A DNA stretch of 60,846 nt, counting the filler, from Squatina squatina (taxonomy: Eukaryota): assembly GCA_031763465.1 (NCBI GenBank). It is 4 parts of 4 records of this genome, joined end to end, with 100 filler letters (N's around TTAATTAATTAA, not from the genome) between each part and the next. Parts side by side here need not be neighbours in the genome. Positions count along the whole stretch, not along the records: positions 31,386 to 46,649 come from JARFOE010000192.1; positions 46,750 to 60,846 come from JARFOE010000219.1; 2 more parts are not named here. One strand, written 5' to 3'. The notes beneath the pieces were generated by a model. It made no database searches and had not been told where the DNA came from. It saw nothing but the letters and a program-made list of their open reading frames with translations. Shown piece by piece: positions 40,405 to 53,584 of this stretch. A program made the position numbers and the translations under genes. How positions within the stretch are numbered: position 1 is the stretch's first letter; each line of letters opens with the position of its first letter.

Positions 40405-40552
40405 GGGAACGGTAGCATAGTGGTTATGTTACTGGACAAGTAATGCAGAAACCTGGACTAATGATCCATTAAAACATGAATTCAAATCCCACCATTGCAG
40501 CTGGGGAATTTAAATTTAGTTAATTAAATGAATCTGGAATAAAAAGCCAGTA
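40405..40552 (+). mobile_element. tRNA-derived SINE 5' part (same family as 7305-7578)
   Basis: ggtagcatagtggtt…ttcaaatcccacca…gctggggaatttaaat. Confidence 0.75.
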
Positions 40553-40652
40553 NNNNNNNNNNNNNNNNNNNNNNNNNNNNNNNNNNNNNNNNNNNNNNNN
40601 NNNNNNNNNNNNNNNNNNNNNNNNNNNNNNNNNNNNNNNNNNNNNNNNNNNN

Positions 40653-41465
40653 GCCCCTTCCCACCAGGGCTCGCCCAAAAGAGAGAGGAAGGGCTCCCAG
40701 GATCATCTGCTGGACGAGCTGCGGGGGATCGATGGCCTCCGCTCGGCAAGAGGCAGCACCGAGTCCTTGGACAGCACCAGCCCCCGGGCGGAGTCCGTGT
40801 CGCCCACCGTCAGCCAGCTCAGTGCCGTCTTCGAGAACACCGAGCAGCAAAACCCGGCGGCCGGCGAAAGCGGGCCGTACTTTGCGAGCGGACAGAGTGC
40901 CTCAGTCCCATCCGCTCCGCCTAAAATACCAGAACTGCTGAACGGGGAGCAGCAACACCAGCAGTCGGATTCCAAAACATCCGCTATCCAAGGTCAATAT
41001 GGGATTTATTTTGTAAACCAAGATGCTGCAGGTTCACCTCGGACAAGTGAAAAGCAGCAAAACGTCGCCAGTCACGCGGCATTGCCACGAGAGACCGTAA
41101 AAACAGAAGCTTCCTTTAGCCAGAGCAGTGCAGAGGTGAGGCAAATTAAACCGGAGGTCCATGAAGGTGTAGCCGGTCATGATGCTCAACTGGGGCAAGG
41201 ATCTACTGCGGAAGGTAATGATGACTTTGGGAAGCACGTAAATATTGCCGTGGACGTGAAGCAATCCAGTGTTGTTTCAGACTCTCCAAAAAGGAGTACT
41301 ACTGGAGCTGAAATACCGTCAAGTAAGCGAGGCTTAACAGCAAGTGAAAATTCTTCCGAGGAAAGTACAGCTGAACATTCTGGGACTCCATTCATAAGTC
41401 GATCGGCTGACAAGAGCAGCGAGAAAGGATATCCAAAACCTGAAGTTCAACCTGTGGAAAATGAA
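40653..41465 (+). CDS. PPP1R9A: Neurabin-1 large N-terminal coding exon, partial (5' end in gap, 3' end unclear)
   Basis: Open from the gap edge: SPKRERKGSQ…RGSTESLDSTSPRAESVSPTVSQLSAVFENT matches recalled neurabin-1 RGSTDSLDSLSSRTEAVSPTVSQLSAVFENT; syntenic with SGCE. Confidence 0.85.
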
Positions 41466-43164
41466 CTGTTATTCCAATGCACACTCAGCACTTTTAGGGC
41501 AATACGAGTACCACGAGAGCCGATGCTGACCAACGTCACTGCATTCCAAAGTCAAAATAGTCATGGGCATATTGCCTGCCATATGGTTTCTCTAGAAAGT
41601 AGATCAAGACCCGGCTTATATCAGCAGTCCAGCAGTGTATAAAGCATGCTGTCTGAAGGATAAAGTTACACTATGTACTAATCACTCTGATATCTTTTCC
41701 GTACTGCAGGAGATATTTTCTCCTGGCAAGCCTGTAATGATTACATTCAAAACAAATATTAAAATAAAGAAGAACTGTGAACAAAATGGTGAAATCTGCC
41801 TTTTAACAACAGCCTCTAACACAGATTTGAAGTGGTTACTTTAAGAAGGTGGCCTTCGAATTCAGGTTCAAATTTAAGAGTGATGTCTGACGGTGCTATA
41901 GGCAGGGTCTTATCCTCCTCTGTGTTTAATTCATTTTTATTTTCCCCTCTCTAACCATGGTCTTTAATTTTCTCCTTGTTGATAGGGCGGGCAGGCTACG
42001 TGGTTGTTTTCCAGTGCCTCAGCCTACTAGGAAGTGCACACAAATATCCAAACAGCTTCTTCCTTTCGCAGANNNNNNNNNNNNNNNNNNNNNNNNNNNN
42101 NNNNNNNNNNNNNNNNNNNNNNNNNNNNNNNNNNNNNNNNNNNNNNNNNNNNNNNNNNNNNNNNNNNNNNNNATGCTTGGAACCTTGGAAAAGCCATGGA
42201 GGCCATTTGACAGTGTGCTACCCTAAGGAGTACTGTTTCTTTTTATAAATTGAAAAATCTATTTTTGGCCCTCTCCATTTTCCAGGTGACCTGCTGCCAG
42301 GTCAATGCCATCATGCAGTGGACTGGGTGATGCTTCAGTGATTTGAGTAACTCCCTGTGTGTAGTAAAGTAATCTAACCTTTGAGCAAAATTGAAAACCT
42401 TCCCTCGGGTGCTCATTGAACAAAAGCTCCATGGGTAGGGGTGAAATATATATTTATGTTTACAAAAAGTGCAATTTAGTTTCTTGCATTTAATGAATGG
42501 TTGCGTGTGCTAGTTGTACAAGATGAGAGCAATGAGTACTGTACTTGCACATCCAGTGCTTGCATTTACTGTTGTATAAATTAATGTACGGCTCTGATGA
42601 ATATTTGCTCTGGTTAAAGAAGAAAACACATTTGGCTGTCTCCAGTGGTATTATTCATTATGTGTATAATTTGCAAATTGTGGATCTCGGTCTATAGGAA
42701 GTTGCGAGAGTATTCCTTGCAGGATTGGGTATTCAGCCCAGTTTTGTGTCCTGTGCTCATGGTTAGGATTGAGATGCGGGATGAGAATCTAATGGGAATT
42801 AGTTGCTGGATTGCGAATCTCCGACACACTAACTGGTCACTGAGATGATGTGTGGTTTGGTTACATTGAGAACTTGTCTTTTTTTGCCGTTCTTTACCTG
42901 CTCATTCGGAGTCATGGCAGAGAGCCCGACTGCAGAAAGCTGCAGGGCTGGGGAATCGGTCACTCGGAATTAACCTCACCGGAGCCCGCCCCGCTCTCAA
43001 GCCTTTTTAAGAGATCCAAACAATCTACTGAATCCCTGCCCGTTCCACCCTGGTCCCATGCTCAATATTTAACTCTCGACTCATTTTACTCCTTTTGATG
43101 TGTTTAAAGTGCAGCTCCACAGTAAGGTACACTGCAGCATTTTAACCCTGTACTCTGACAGATA

Positions 43165-43317
43165 ACGCCCTCCCCTCCACTCTCTCTGTCCCCCTCCCCT
43201 CCGCCCCCTCAGTCTCCGTCCCCCTCCCCCTCCCCTCCGTCTCCCTCCCCTTTACCTTCTCTACCTCCCTCCCTCCACCCCCTCTGCCTCCCTCCTCCCT
43301 CTCTGTCCCACCCTCCC
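43165..43317. repeat. Polypyrimidine (CCCT/CT-rich) low-complexity tract
   Basis: Direct inspection. Confidence 0.85.
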
Positions 43318-43417
43318 NNNNNNNNNNNNNNNNNNNNNNNNNNNNNNNNNNNNNNNNNNNNNNNNNNNNNNNNNNNNNNNNNNNNNNNNNNNNNNNNNNN
43401 NNNNNNNNNNNNNNNNN

Positions 43418-44200
43418 ACTCAAGTATTTTTGAAGTGTAGTCAGTTGTAATGCGGGAAACGCGGCAGCCAAGTTGCGCACAAGCAAGCTCCCACAGACAG
43501 CAACGTGATAATGACCAGATTTTGTTATGTTGATTGAGGGATAAAGATTAGCCAGGGCGGAAGGGCCTGTGCGTGAAATCTTTTAACGTGGGGTGGTCGT
43601 TGCATACTGGCTTCCACACAGTCTTGGCCGAGGAAGATCTTGATCCAATGGCAAGGAGGTCTGAGACGACTGGAGACCAGGCACTGCTGCTTTGACTAAC
43701 ACATACACGCCCAATCCTCCTCCGTCCCTACCCTGGCCTCTGGGTCCCCGGGCCACTTTTGCCTCGCTCCTCAGCTCCTGGCCTCCCGTTTCCCGGGCAT
43801 CTTGCTTCCCAATTCTCTGCTTNNNNNNNNNNGGCCCTCTGCCTCCGGCTCCCCTGGCCCTGATCTCCCACTCCCCCCAGCCTCCTGTTCCCCGCTCACT
43901 CATTTTGCTGGCCTGTGCACCGCCATCTTGGAAAAATGCCAGGACACCGGGGATAACTCCCCTGCTCTTCTTTGAAATAGTGCTACCTCTCCATCTCTCA
44001 CGCCCTCCCCCTGCTCTCTCCCCCACTCCCCTCCTCTGGCGGTTTAACGTCTCATCCGAATGACGGCATTTCTGACAGTGCAGAGCTCCCACAGCACTGC
44101 GCTGGAGTGTCAGCCTAGATTTTGTGCGAGAGTCTCTGGAGCGGGAGTCAAACCTTTCGGCTCAGAGGTGAGAGTGCTGCAACTGAGCCACAGCTGACAC
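43418..44200 (-). mobile_element. Deu-domain SINE interrupted by a nested insertion (43557-43937)
   Basis: SINE halves flank the insert; GCCAGG occurs at both 43551-43556 and 43938-43943. Confidence 0.7.
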
Positions 44201-44849
44201 CGCAGCATTCAGTAGGTGGACCTTAATCTCAGCATTCATTGGAAAGAATGAGTGAGCCAGAGACTGTCCCAACCATTAGTTAGGGGGAGCTGAGTGAAAG
44301 TAACAGAGACATACCTGGTGTAAGCAGGGCCAGCTGTAGACATCCATCGGTTTCACCAAAAACAGAAACAAAATATTGCAAAAGCGTTAGCACATTTTAG
44401 GAACAAGAACCATATCCTCCAACACCACCGACACGCACCCTCTCTGCTCTCCCCCCAACACCCACTCCTCACCCATCTCAACCCTACCACCACCAACCCC
44501 TCCCCCCCCCCGCCATAGCCTCTCTATCCACGATCTGTATAACTCCCTCGAGTTTCTGGCTGTTATTAGAATAAGAGATGCAAAAGAGCCAAATTAGCCT
44601 AGTAACTGTGAAATGCAGTAAAACCCAAGGACCTACATGGGTATACTGACAAGTAACTGTAACAAGCAAGTACATGTAGGATAAGTGTATGTAAGGAAGC
44701 AAGTGAAGGAATAATTCCAAGTGAAGACTGGAGGTATAAAGGACACCGTGCTACTTCCTGGGCGTTGATAATAAACCACAAATGCACTTCAACAAACTGT
44801 CAGGGAAGTGATGAACATACTTGATACTGTGCATTCTTAGAAAATGTGG

Positions 44850-45295
44850 CTGATTCCTCTTTACCACCTGGCCTCTCAAATCTGTGCCCATCTTTCCCGC
44901 ATATCCCTGTTTGAATCAGGTTTCCGCTCCTGCTATGGCACCGAAACAGCCCTAATCAAAGTCACAAATGACATCCTCTGACTGTGGACATGTTGCATTT
45001 TCCATCCTCACCATCGTCTTCCATCTTCTCTCCTCTGTTGTCCAGCTGAGTGGACTGCCCTTGCTTGATTTCACTCTTGCCCATCCAATGGTAGCCAGAG
45101 CATCTCCAGCAGTTGCTTTTAAAAAAAATTCTTTTTAAAACCCACATCTATAACCAAGCTTTTGGTCACACTCCTAATAACTTCTCCTCTAACTCATCAT
45201 CCTTTTGTCTGATTATGCCTCTGTGAAGTGCCTTGGGATGTTTTTGTATGTTAAAGGTGCTATGTAAATGAAGTTACATTTGTAGTTGTTGTTAT
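44850..45295 (+). mobile_element. Internally deleted L2 LINE (RT fragment plus 3' tail)
   Basis: ESGFRSCYGTETALIKVTNDILSDC; tail gtgaagtgccttgggatg…aaaggtgctatgtaaatg resembles the SINE tail. Confidence 0.75.
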
Positions 45296-45514
45296 TCATA
45301 TTCACTTCCAGCTCTGGATATGTCAACAACAGAATGTGTTTCAGTGTAATTTTGCTTGATTGCTGAGTTCTCTAATTATTATTTGCCCTAATCTGTATCA
45401 TAGTTAAAAATAACTAATGTGTTGATGATGGAGTGCAGCATTGGCACATGTTTTTGGTGTATTATTTGATCTCAGCCCCACTCCAAATGAATTCTTTGTT
45501 CTCTCACTCTGCAG

Positions 45515-45635
45515 ATGAGGATGGCCTTGGCATCAGTATTATAGGAATGGGAGTTGGAGCAGACGCAGGATTAGAAAAACTAGGAATTTTTGTCAAGACC
45601 GTTACAGAGGGAGGAGCAGCTCAAAGAGATAGCAG
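45515..45635 (+). CDS. PPP1R9A: Neurabin-1 PDZ domain exon (121 nt)
   Basis: ctgcag| acceptor, AG|gtaagg donor; [41 protein letters not shown]. Confidence 0.95.
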
Positions 45636-46290
45636 GTAAGGAAAGGCCACATGTTTGTATGGTTTGTAGATATCGCAGGATTTCTCTTGTCCAAAATTTG
45701 ATAGGCCTAGAATAACTTTCAACTACAAAAAGTTTAACTCAGTTGTCAGTTCAGGTTTGCCACAAATTGCATAAGTGGCTATGATGACCTACTACACAAA
45801 GCAGTAAGGTGAGTTCAATGTTTATTGACTACAAAACAGTGATCGCTCTCGTTTNNNNNNNNNNNNNNNNNNNNNNNNNNNNNNNNNNNNNNNNNNNNNN
45901 NNNNNNNNNNNNNNNNNNNNNNNNNNNNNNNNNNNNNNNNNNNNNNNNNNNNNNAAATATGATGGGACCTATATGAAAGCAAGCTTGTAAAGATGTAGGT
46001 CCCGATATGCATGAGAGGGCACAATATAATATATCAAATAACATTTTTAATGTCAGCGAGTAGAAAAGTACCTTGTTTAAAAAAAAAAGCGGGATCAGTT
46101 CTCGAAATATCAATCGGGAACTCAAGTGGCTAATTGGAGATGACATTCTGTCAGTAATTCCAGGGGATTCAGCCATGGATTAACCTTTTACTGCCAAAAA
46201 CACTGCTGTGAAATAAGATTTTTTTTTCCTCTCTCGTTCAATGTGCACAACAATTTGTAATGATTGCAATTTTGTTTTTCTTTCATAAAG

Positions 46291-46395
46291 GATCCAGGTG
46301 AATGATCAGATTGTGGAAGTGGATGGAATCAGCCTGGTGGGTGTCACCCAAAGCTTTGCGGCTACTGTTCTGAGAACAACCAAAGGCAGTGTTAG
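46291..46395 (+). CDS. PPP1R9A: Neurabin-1 second PDZ exon (105 nt)
   Basis: cataaag| acceptor, AG|gtaagg donor; [35 protein letters not shown]. Confidence 0.95.
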
Positions 46396-46649
46396 GTAAG
46401 GAAATATTTAATTTAGCCACTTCAGACCTTTAAAGTGTTGATTTAATTATTTGTGGTATCCTCTGGGGAGCACCTACAAGTTGTAATATGTTTGGACTTG
46501 GAAGTTTTTAGCCCTACAATCGATATAATTTAGAATGATACATTAGAGCATTTAGTATACTATTCTAATTATGAAAATGTCTTTAGTGAAGATAGTTTGT
46601 ATCCTGATAATGTGAAAATCATACTGATAACGCCTACGGGATGAAATGG

Positions 46650-46749
46650 NNNNNNNNNNNNNNNNNNNNNNNNNNNNNNNNNNNNNNNNNNNNTTAATTA
46701 ATTAANNNNNNNNNNNNNNNNNNNNNNNNNNNNNNNNNNNNNNNNNNNN
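46650..46749. other. Artificial scaffold linker N44-TTAATTAATTAA-N44
   Basis: Same construct as at 13585. Confidence 0.95.
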
Positions 46750-46971
46750 GTGGGACCACACCTGGAGTATTGTGCACAGTTTTGGTCTTCTTACCTAAGG
46801 AAGGATATATTTTCCATAGAGGGAGTGCAACAAAGGTTCACCAGACTGATTCTTGGGATGGGGGGGATTGTCTTATGAGGAGAGATTGAGTAGACTAGGC
46901 CTGTATTCTCTAGCGTTTAGAAGAATGAGAGGCGATCTCATTGAAAGGTACAAATTCTTACAGGGCTTGAC
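46750..46971 (+). mobile_element. CR1 LINE RT fragment
   Basis: PHLEYCAQFWS…GLSYEERLSRLGLYSL…RGDLIE. Confidence 0.9.
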
Positions 46972-49099
46972 ATCCCCCCCAAGCCCGGTAAAGTTGTACC
47001 CACTTTGCCCCAGCCATCCCCTGTCAGCACTGGTTGAGGTTAAAGTGGGGCCATGCAGAGCTGTGCCAAGTGTATGAGAGATGTGATGGGAAGTCTTACT
47101 TTGGCACTGCTGGTAAGATGATTACATTTTGTTCTGCACTCCAGCCAGGTCCCACAAGAAGCAATGAGATAGATGAGAAGTTAATCTGTTTTGGTGGTAA
47201 TGATTGAAGGATAACTCTTGACTAGAACTTCAGGACAATTCTCCTGTTCTTCTTCAAATAATGGTATTGGATCTTTTACATTCGCATGAACAAGAAGATA
47301 GGCCTCAGCTTAATGTCTCATCTGAAGCATGGAAAATCTGACAATGCAGCAGTCCCTAAATATTGCATTTTGAATGTCAGCCTAGATGGTATGTTCAAAT
47401 TTTCCAGTGGGGCTTGAACTAGAACACAATATATTAGTTGATACTCTCATAGGAAGTAACTACAAGAAGGTTTCTCAATTAATTATACATACGTTTTCAC
47501 CTCATTACATATTATACATTATTATATTCACAGTCTGAAGCTTTGTTGGAATGTTAGAAAAATCATTATGTTGTTTGCATTGTGTGTATTTCAGTGTTGT
47601 ACACTAGGTGGAGTTCATTGCACAATGTTTTGCTATTGTAGTAAAGTCATGCTGTGTTCAAAGCAGTGTCGTGCAGTTATCTACTTTATCATGCTGTTTA
47701 TCTATAATAAATATGTTTTTTATTTATTTAGCAAACTACATATTTAGTCAGGTGGCAAATCTGTAGACTCTAACACATTCCATTTGATAATGATATTTTG
47801 TACAAACAAATCCACTTTAGGTAAAAGTCACTCCTTGCTTCCCTAATGTTCACACTGCACTGTTAGCTATTTGCTAGCCATAGGGTAAGATTACCTCTGC
47901 TTTCTAACTGTTAGTGTCATAAATATAGCGGGAGGATTTCTAATGTTCTGTTTAGCAAAGTGCTAAAGCAGGCTAAAAGAAAATTTACATGATCTTTCTA
48001 AAAATAATGATTACGATATTGTTCACACATATTGCATCAGTGAAATTCTTTCCTCAATGAAGATGAGAATCATTTGAGGGGAAGCTAGATAGGTACATGA
48101 GGGTGAAAGGAATGGAAGGATTTGCTGATAGGATTCGATGAAGTAGTGTGGGAGCAGGCCCATTCGGGGTATAAACATTGGCATAGACTAGTGGAGTCGA
48201 ATGGCTTGTTTCAGTGCTGTAAACTCGATGTTATTCAATGTAATCCAAACAGTTCCCAGATTTCTGCCAATGCTACTCTGCAATTATTTACTCGGAGATA
48301 TGCAATAACATCCTGTGTTGACCTTTTTTTCTTGTAAAGAATTGCCTTACCTTTACTCATTATCTCCCTCTAAATGCCTTCTGAAATTAAAAAAGACTCG
48401 CCTTTTGTGTATAAGATTGAGCCTTACTGTCCACGGTGCAGTGCAATGGTGAGCCAATGGGCTGCGCCGTTGGACTGTTACTTATTGAAGCTTCACAGCA
48501 CACTCCAGCTTTCCTGATGACTATTCAATGAAACAAGCTTCGTATTGACAAATTGTGTTTGCAGTAGATGCCGACAAAGGTGACAGGTGATCTTTATGAC
48601 TTTGAATTATTGTTCATAGGAGACCAATTATGAATCACCCACAGACCTATAATTCTATGCCTGAGTGCTAATTACAAATGAACAATGACCTCACAATTTT
48701 TCATTTTGAATTTTTAGCTGTNNNNNNNNNNNNNNNNNNNNNNNNNNNNNNNNNNNNNNNNNNNNNNNNNNNNNNNNNNNNNNNNNNNNNNNNNNNNNNN
48801 NNNNNNNNNNNNNNNNNNNNNGTGGCATACGACAAGACTGACTCGTCGTTGCCTGAAATATCCAGCATGCTTAGTGTGTTATAAGCGGCACCATTGTAAT
48901 TGACTTCAGGGGAAATGGCAAATGGTTAGCATCATTTTCCCGATATAGGCGACTGCCCTTGATATGCATGGGTGCTGTAAGTGGTGGGAACGTGTTCTGT
49001 TGCTGGTAGTATATTTCAATTAGTTATCGGGTTAAAATAATTACCAAAGTTTATAAAATGGGAACAGCCAAGGTTTTCAGTTTTACAGCAGTTGAAGCA

Positions 49100-49470
49100 A
49101 CTGGTTTCAAATGAATAAAAATACATGTGAATTTTGCAATACCAGGCACATTTCTTTCGCATCATAGTTTTAGTCCCACCAATTGAGTTCAAAATGGTTA
49201 CTATGTGTAGTAATTTGGCAAAGTCAGGCCTATTTCTTTCACAGATGCAAGGTTTCAATGCCAGCCGTTCAGTTCAAACTGTCTGCAAATTGTAATACAT
49301 TGGCAAAGGCAGGTACATATCTTTCACATCACGGCTTCCATCCCAAGCAATTTGGTTCAATCCATTTGCAAATTGTAATAACTTGCCAAAGCTAGACAGA
49401 TTTATTTCACAGGCATTAAGGTTTCAATAACAGTAATAGTTCAAGCTGGCTTCACAACAGTAACTTACAA
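49100..49470. repeat. Degenerate ~84-nt tandem array with A-B-A-B (~168-nt) higher-order structure
   Basis: Anchor GTTCAA at 49187, 49272, 49355, 49439 (weaker ~49105); shared tg.aa…ttg.caa…ag…tttc.ca. Confidence 0.6.
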
Positions 49471-49689
49471 CATTCTAAAAATGCAACAGACCATTATTAT
49501 GTTTCTGAATGGGGTTTCATCCAAAATGAAGCACAAGTCAATAGTTGTCAGTGTTTGGCCACATCTGCATTGTTCGTAGAATCATTTTAACAAATCAATT
49601 GAGATCTCAGTTACCATACACTGTAGCATCATTTGTCTCTTCAAGATCTCAGTGTTGCTGCTGTGTCTTTCACTTTATTTGGAGTTTGC

Positions 49690-50210
49690 TAAACAATTTT
49701 TCTACATCTACTCGATTGATCCACATCAGAATTTTAATGGCCTCTATCAGGTCACCCCTCAATGTTTTTTCTCGAGAAAAGAGCCCCAGCCTGTGCAGTC
49801 TTTCCTGATAGATATAATTTCTCAGTTCTGGTATTATTCTTGTGAATCTTTTTTGTACTTTCTTCAGTGCCTTTATATCCTTTTTATAATATGGAGACCA
49901 GAACTGTGCACAGTACTTCAAGTGTGGCCTAAGAAGGTTCGATACAAGTTTAATATAACTTCTCTGCTTTTCAATTCTATCCCTCTAGAAAGAAACCCTT
50001 GTGCTTGGTTTGCTTTTTTTATGGACTTATTAATCTGCGTCGCTACTTTTAGTAACTTGTGACTCTGTACCCCCAGATCTCCCTGTTCCTCTAAGTTACT
50101 CATTTGTAAAGCAGTATGAAGCCTCCTTATTCTTCCTACCAAAATACAGCAGCTCACACTTATTTAAATTCATTTGTCAATTAAACACCCATTCTGCAAG
50201 TTTTTTAATA
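49690..50210 (-). mobile_element. CR1 LINE RT fragment
   Basis: YCAQFWSPYYKKDIKALKKVQKRFTRIIPEL…RGDLIEAIKI. Confidence 0.9.
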
Positions 50211-53149
50211 TCTTCTAGTACTGCTTAAACAGTAGGATTTCTTCATCTATGAGGCAAAGACTCAGTACAGTTGGTCAAGGTTATTAATNNNNNNNNNNNN
50301 NNNNNNNNNNNNNNNNNNNNNNNNNNNNNNNNNNNNNNNNNNNNNNNNNNNNNNNNNNNNNNNNNNNNNNNNNNNNNNNNNNNNNNNNGTGGTATCTGGT
50401 ATGAATTCAATCTTATAAATTGTAAAGTCCTCTTACGTCTTACCCATACTTGCTGTCATTAGCAAACCAAGCAGGCTCCTGTGGTTCCTGTAAATTTTAT
50501 TAGAAGGATCAAAGAGAATGGCAGAGTTCCATGATTCAGGAAGCTGGGGTGGCAGATTTCTGCAGCATGTCAATTGCCATTTTTCATGTAAATTTAGTCT
50601 AAAATCACTGAACTGTTTCTTTACTTTTTCAATTTCAGAAAATGTCAGCATTCCACATGACTGTTTTATATTGTTTCTTGTTTTCTCACTAGTTTCATCA
50701 GAAAGATTGATAAGAAATATCAATCTGACAGTGAAAACGTGATTCGTTTTGTGAGTACATGGGTCTACCTTTTTCCAGTTCTTTTGGGATGATCATGATT
50801 AGGGACAACGTCTACTGAGAAAAAATATGTCACACTGACATTGACTGATGAATGCAGCAGGCAGCACTCTCTCACCTCTTGAATCTCTGCAGCAGTGCCA
50901 GACGACACTGGCAATGTTATCAGGTATGGGTGGCTCACTGTCATCATGAGGGATTTCTAGAAACAAAACCAGTCCATCCAACAGGTGGGTTGTCTAACTG
51001 CAACTCTGCCATGCCATTATTGATAAAAACTGCCACATTTAATCACCATAGTTCTGTCATTTTCCAGGGTGTTCGAGTGCATGATCAACTGGAATGGAAA
51101 TTTAATAAGAAACATCTTTCATACGCATACACTACTCCCTCACTTTCCTTTACATCGGTGGCCTTTCTCATTTACTCTGTTAGATCTATCCATTGCTATT
51201 ACAATGCACCCATATCTGCCCATAATCTACCCATACCCCACGAAGCTTTTGTAATTGTTGCACTGTTTGTTCTCATATGTATGATAGCCGCCTTCCTTGG
51301 ATCTCTTACTGTAACTGGAACCATGCAAACATCACATTCCAAATGGATTGTCACATATTCCAATACATAATACCTCAAATTGAGTCTTGTTTTAAATGTA
51401 AACATAAATAATTAATGTACAGCACATATACACCTGGGGGTCAAAATTGGCTGTCGTCACGCTTGAAGCGCTGCAGCACTGATTAGAGCCCAAACAGCGC
51501 ACGACGTTAGTAGAGTCATTCTGGTCCGAAATTGGCTTACATTTTTCTGCTGAACAGGTGGGGTGTTGTTGGAGGCGCTGACCGCTGCCTGGAGGTGCTG
51601 CTTGGGGCACTCTCTTGAATGCTCACGACTCTATCAGGTGATCCAGATTGTTGAACAATTGCATTCCCACTGCCTTCATTCCATATAAAAGCCTGGCTGC
51701 TCACATTTAGCAGCTTCTTTTGCTCAATTGTGGAGAAGGTGTGCATAGAACATAAGAAATAGGAGCAGGAGTAGGCCATTCGGCCCCTCGACCCTGCTGC
51801 CCCATTCCACAAGACCATGGCTGATCTTCTACCTCANNNNNNNNNNNNNNNNNNNNNNNNNNNNNNNNNNNNNNNNNNNNNNNNNNNNNNNNNNNNNNNN
51901 NNNNNNNNNNNNNNNNNNNNNNNNNNNNNNNNNNNNATGTTGATGGATTTAATCTGATGGATACTTTAAAAAAAAACAGAATAAGTCATTTTCGTAGGGT
52001 CACTGTACCATTTTTGGTGCAATACCATGGATTTAGTTAAATCAATTCTGATTATAATTCTGTGCAGGCTCAATATTCCACAGAGACTGGAGATGAATGG
52101 CAGCCCAGTAGCTGAGAAGAACAGCATGCTAACAAATGAGATCCAAGCACTCTACAGAGAACAGAATAAATTACTTCACCAATAGAATAGAAGTTATATC
52201 TTGAAGACGGTAAATTAAATCTAAGCTAACTTAATAACTTAGCTTGTTATAATAAGTTGCTCAGCCTGAGCTACAGCCGCACACAGACCAAAATGAGTTT
52301 TGATGTCCATTTGGTGCACATATACTTTAGCCTCACTCAGACACAGCCTCACACTAAGTTACAAGTCCATATTTAGCTTTGGATCCAACAGCAGCTACTA
52401 CATAACATTGATTTTGTAATTTGATAAATACACAGCTGCGCAACTCGCTGGAGGTGTTTGGTTATAAAACTAAATAAACAAGCATTTCTAAGACAAAGGA
52501 ACATTAAGGAAATGAAGCATTGTTGCTGAAGGCTGACTTGTAACATTTTGCTTTCAGTGGAGGATGTGGCCACCCAAGGCAAGCTAGGTTTTAACAAATA
52601 ACAGAAATGCAAATTAAGACCTTATGAGAAAATCTGTTCCTTGTTCTTTGAGAATAGAGCGATTTGCTAAAAAAATGATTTTGTAACAAAGTTCATTTTT
52701 CTTATTTATACACGGATTTGTAAGTTTCTTAACTTTAGATGCAGGCAATAATCTAGAAATTCAAGTTTGGAAGCGATCACCTGGTATTTTATTGTTTTAA
52801 GTTATCAATTACTTGTGCTGTTGAGAGAATTATTGCTATTATGTTGTTCACATTGTTTGGAATTGCTGAACTAGAAAATGGTCTACTTTATACAGGAAAA
52901 GCTTTTACTTTATGTAGTTGCTGCACTGACCCTTTTCGTACAAGTTCCGAAATGACACTGTGCACAATGCCACTTTTATATGAAATTATACTTTGCTATT
53001 TTAAACTGCATTAACTAGTTAAAAATAAATGGACAATGTAATTTCATACAAATGCACAAGAGTTCAGACACTAATGTTGCACAATGAGATTTTTAGACAA
53101 TAGTTTATTTTGTCTTATGGGGTAGGATGGGAATACTGATCATAAAAAA

Positions 53150-53484
53150 AACATAAGGAGATAAGAACATTCAGTCCCTCGAGCCTGCTCCATCATTCAA
53201 TTAGATCATGGTTGATCTGTATCTTAACTCCATCTACCCACCTTGGTTCCACATCCCTTACCTAACAAAATTCAATCTCATGTTTGACTCTTTCGATTGA
53301 TCCAGTCTCAACAGTTTTTTGGGGGAGAGAGTTCCAGATCTCCATTACCCTTTGTGTGAAGAAGCGCTTCCTGGCATCATCCCTGAGGGGACTAGCTCCA
53401 ATCCCTAGGACAAGATGGTTTCTATCTACCTTAGCCAACTCTCGCCTCATACCATCGTAGTTTCCTTTATTTAGATTCAGGACC
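53150..53484 (-). mobile_element. CR1 LINE 3' fragment
   Basis: FFTQRVMEIWNSLPQKTVETGSI plus tail. Confidence 0.8.
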
Positions 53485-53584
53485 NNNNNNNNNNNNNNNN
53501 NNNNNNNNNNNNNNNNNNNNNNNNNNNNNNNNNNNNNNNNNNNNNNNNNNNNNNNNNNNNNNNNNNNNNNNNNNNNNNNNNNNN

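Noticed and set aside
49100-49470. CRISPR array or C2H2 zinc-finger array (84-nt period)
   Set aside because: Eukaryotic context with no identical repeats or unique spacers; no C-x2-C…H-x3-H pattern, and units break frame
50852-51370. 172-aa ORF with hydrophobic C-terminus
   Set aside because: No homology or splice structure recognised; likely decayed transposon sequence
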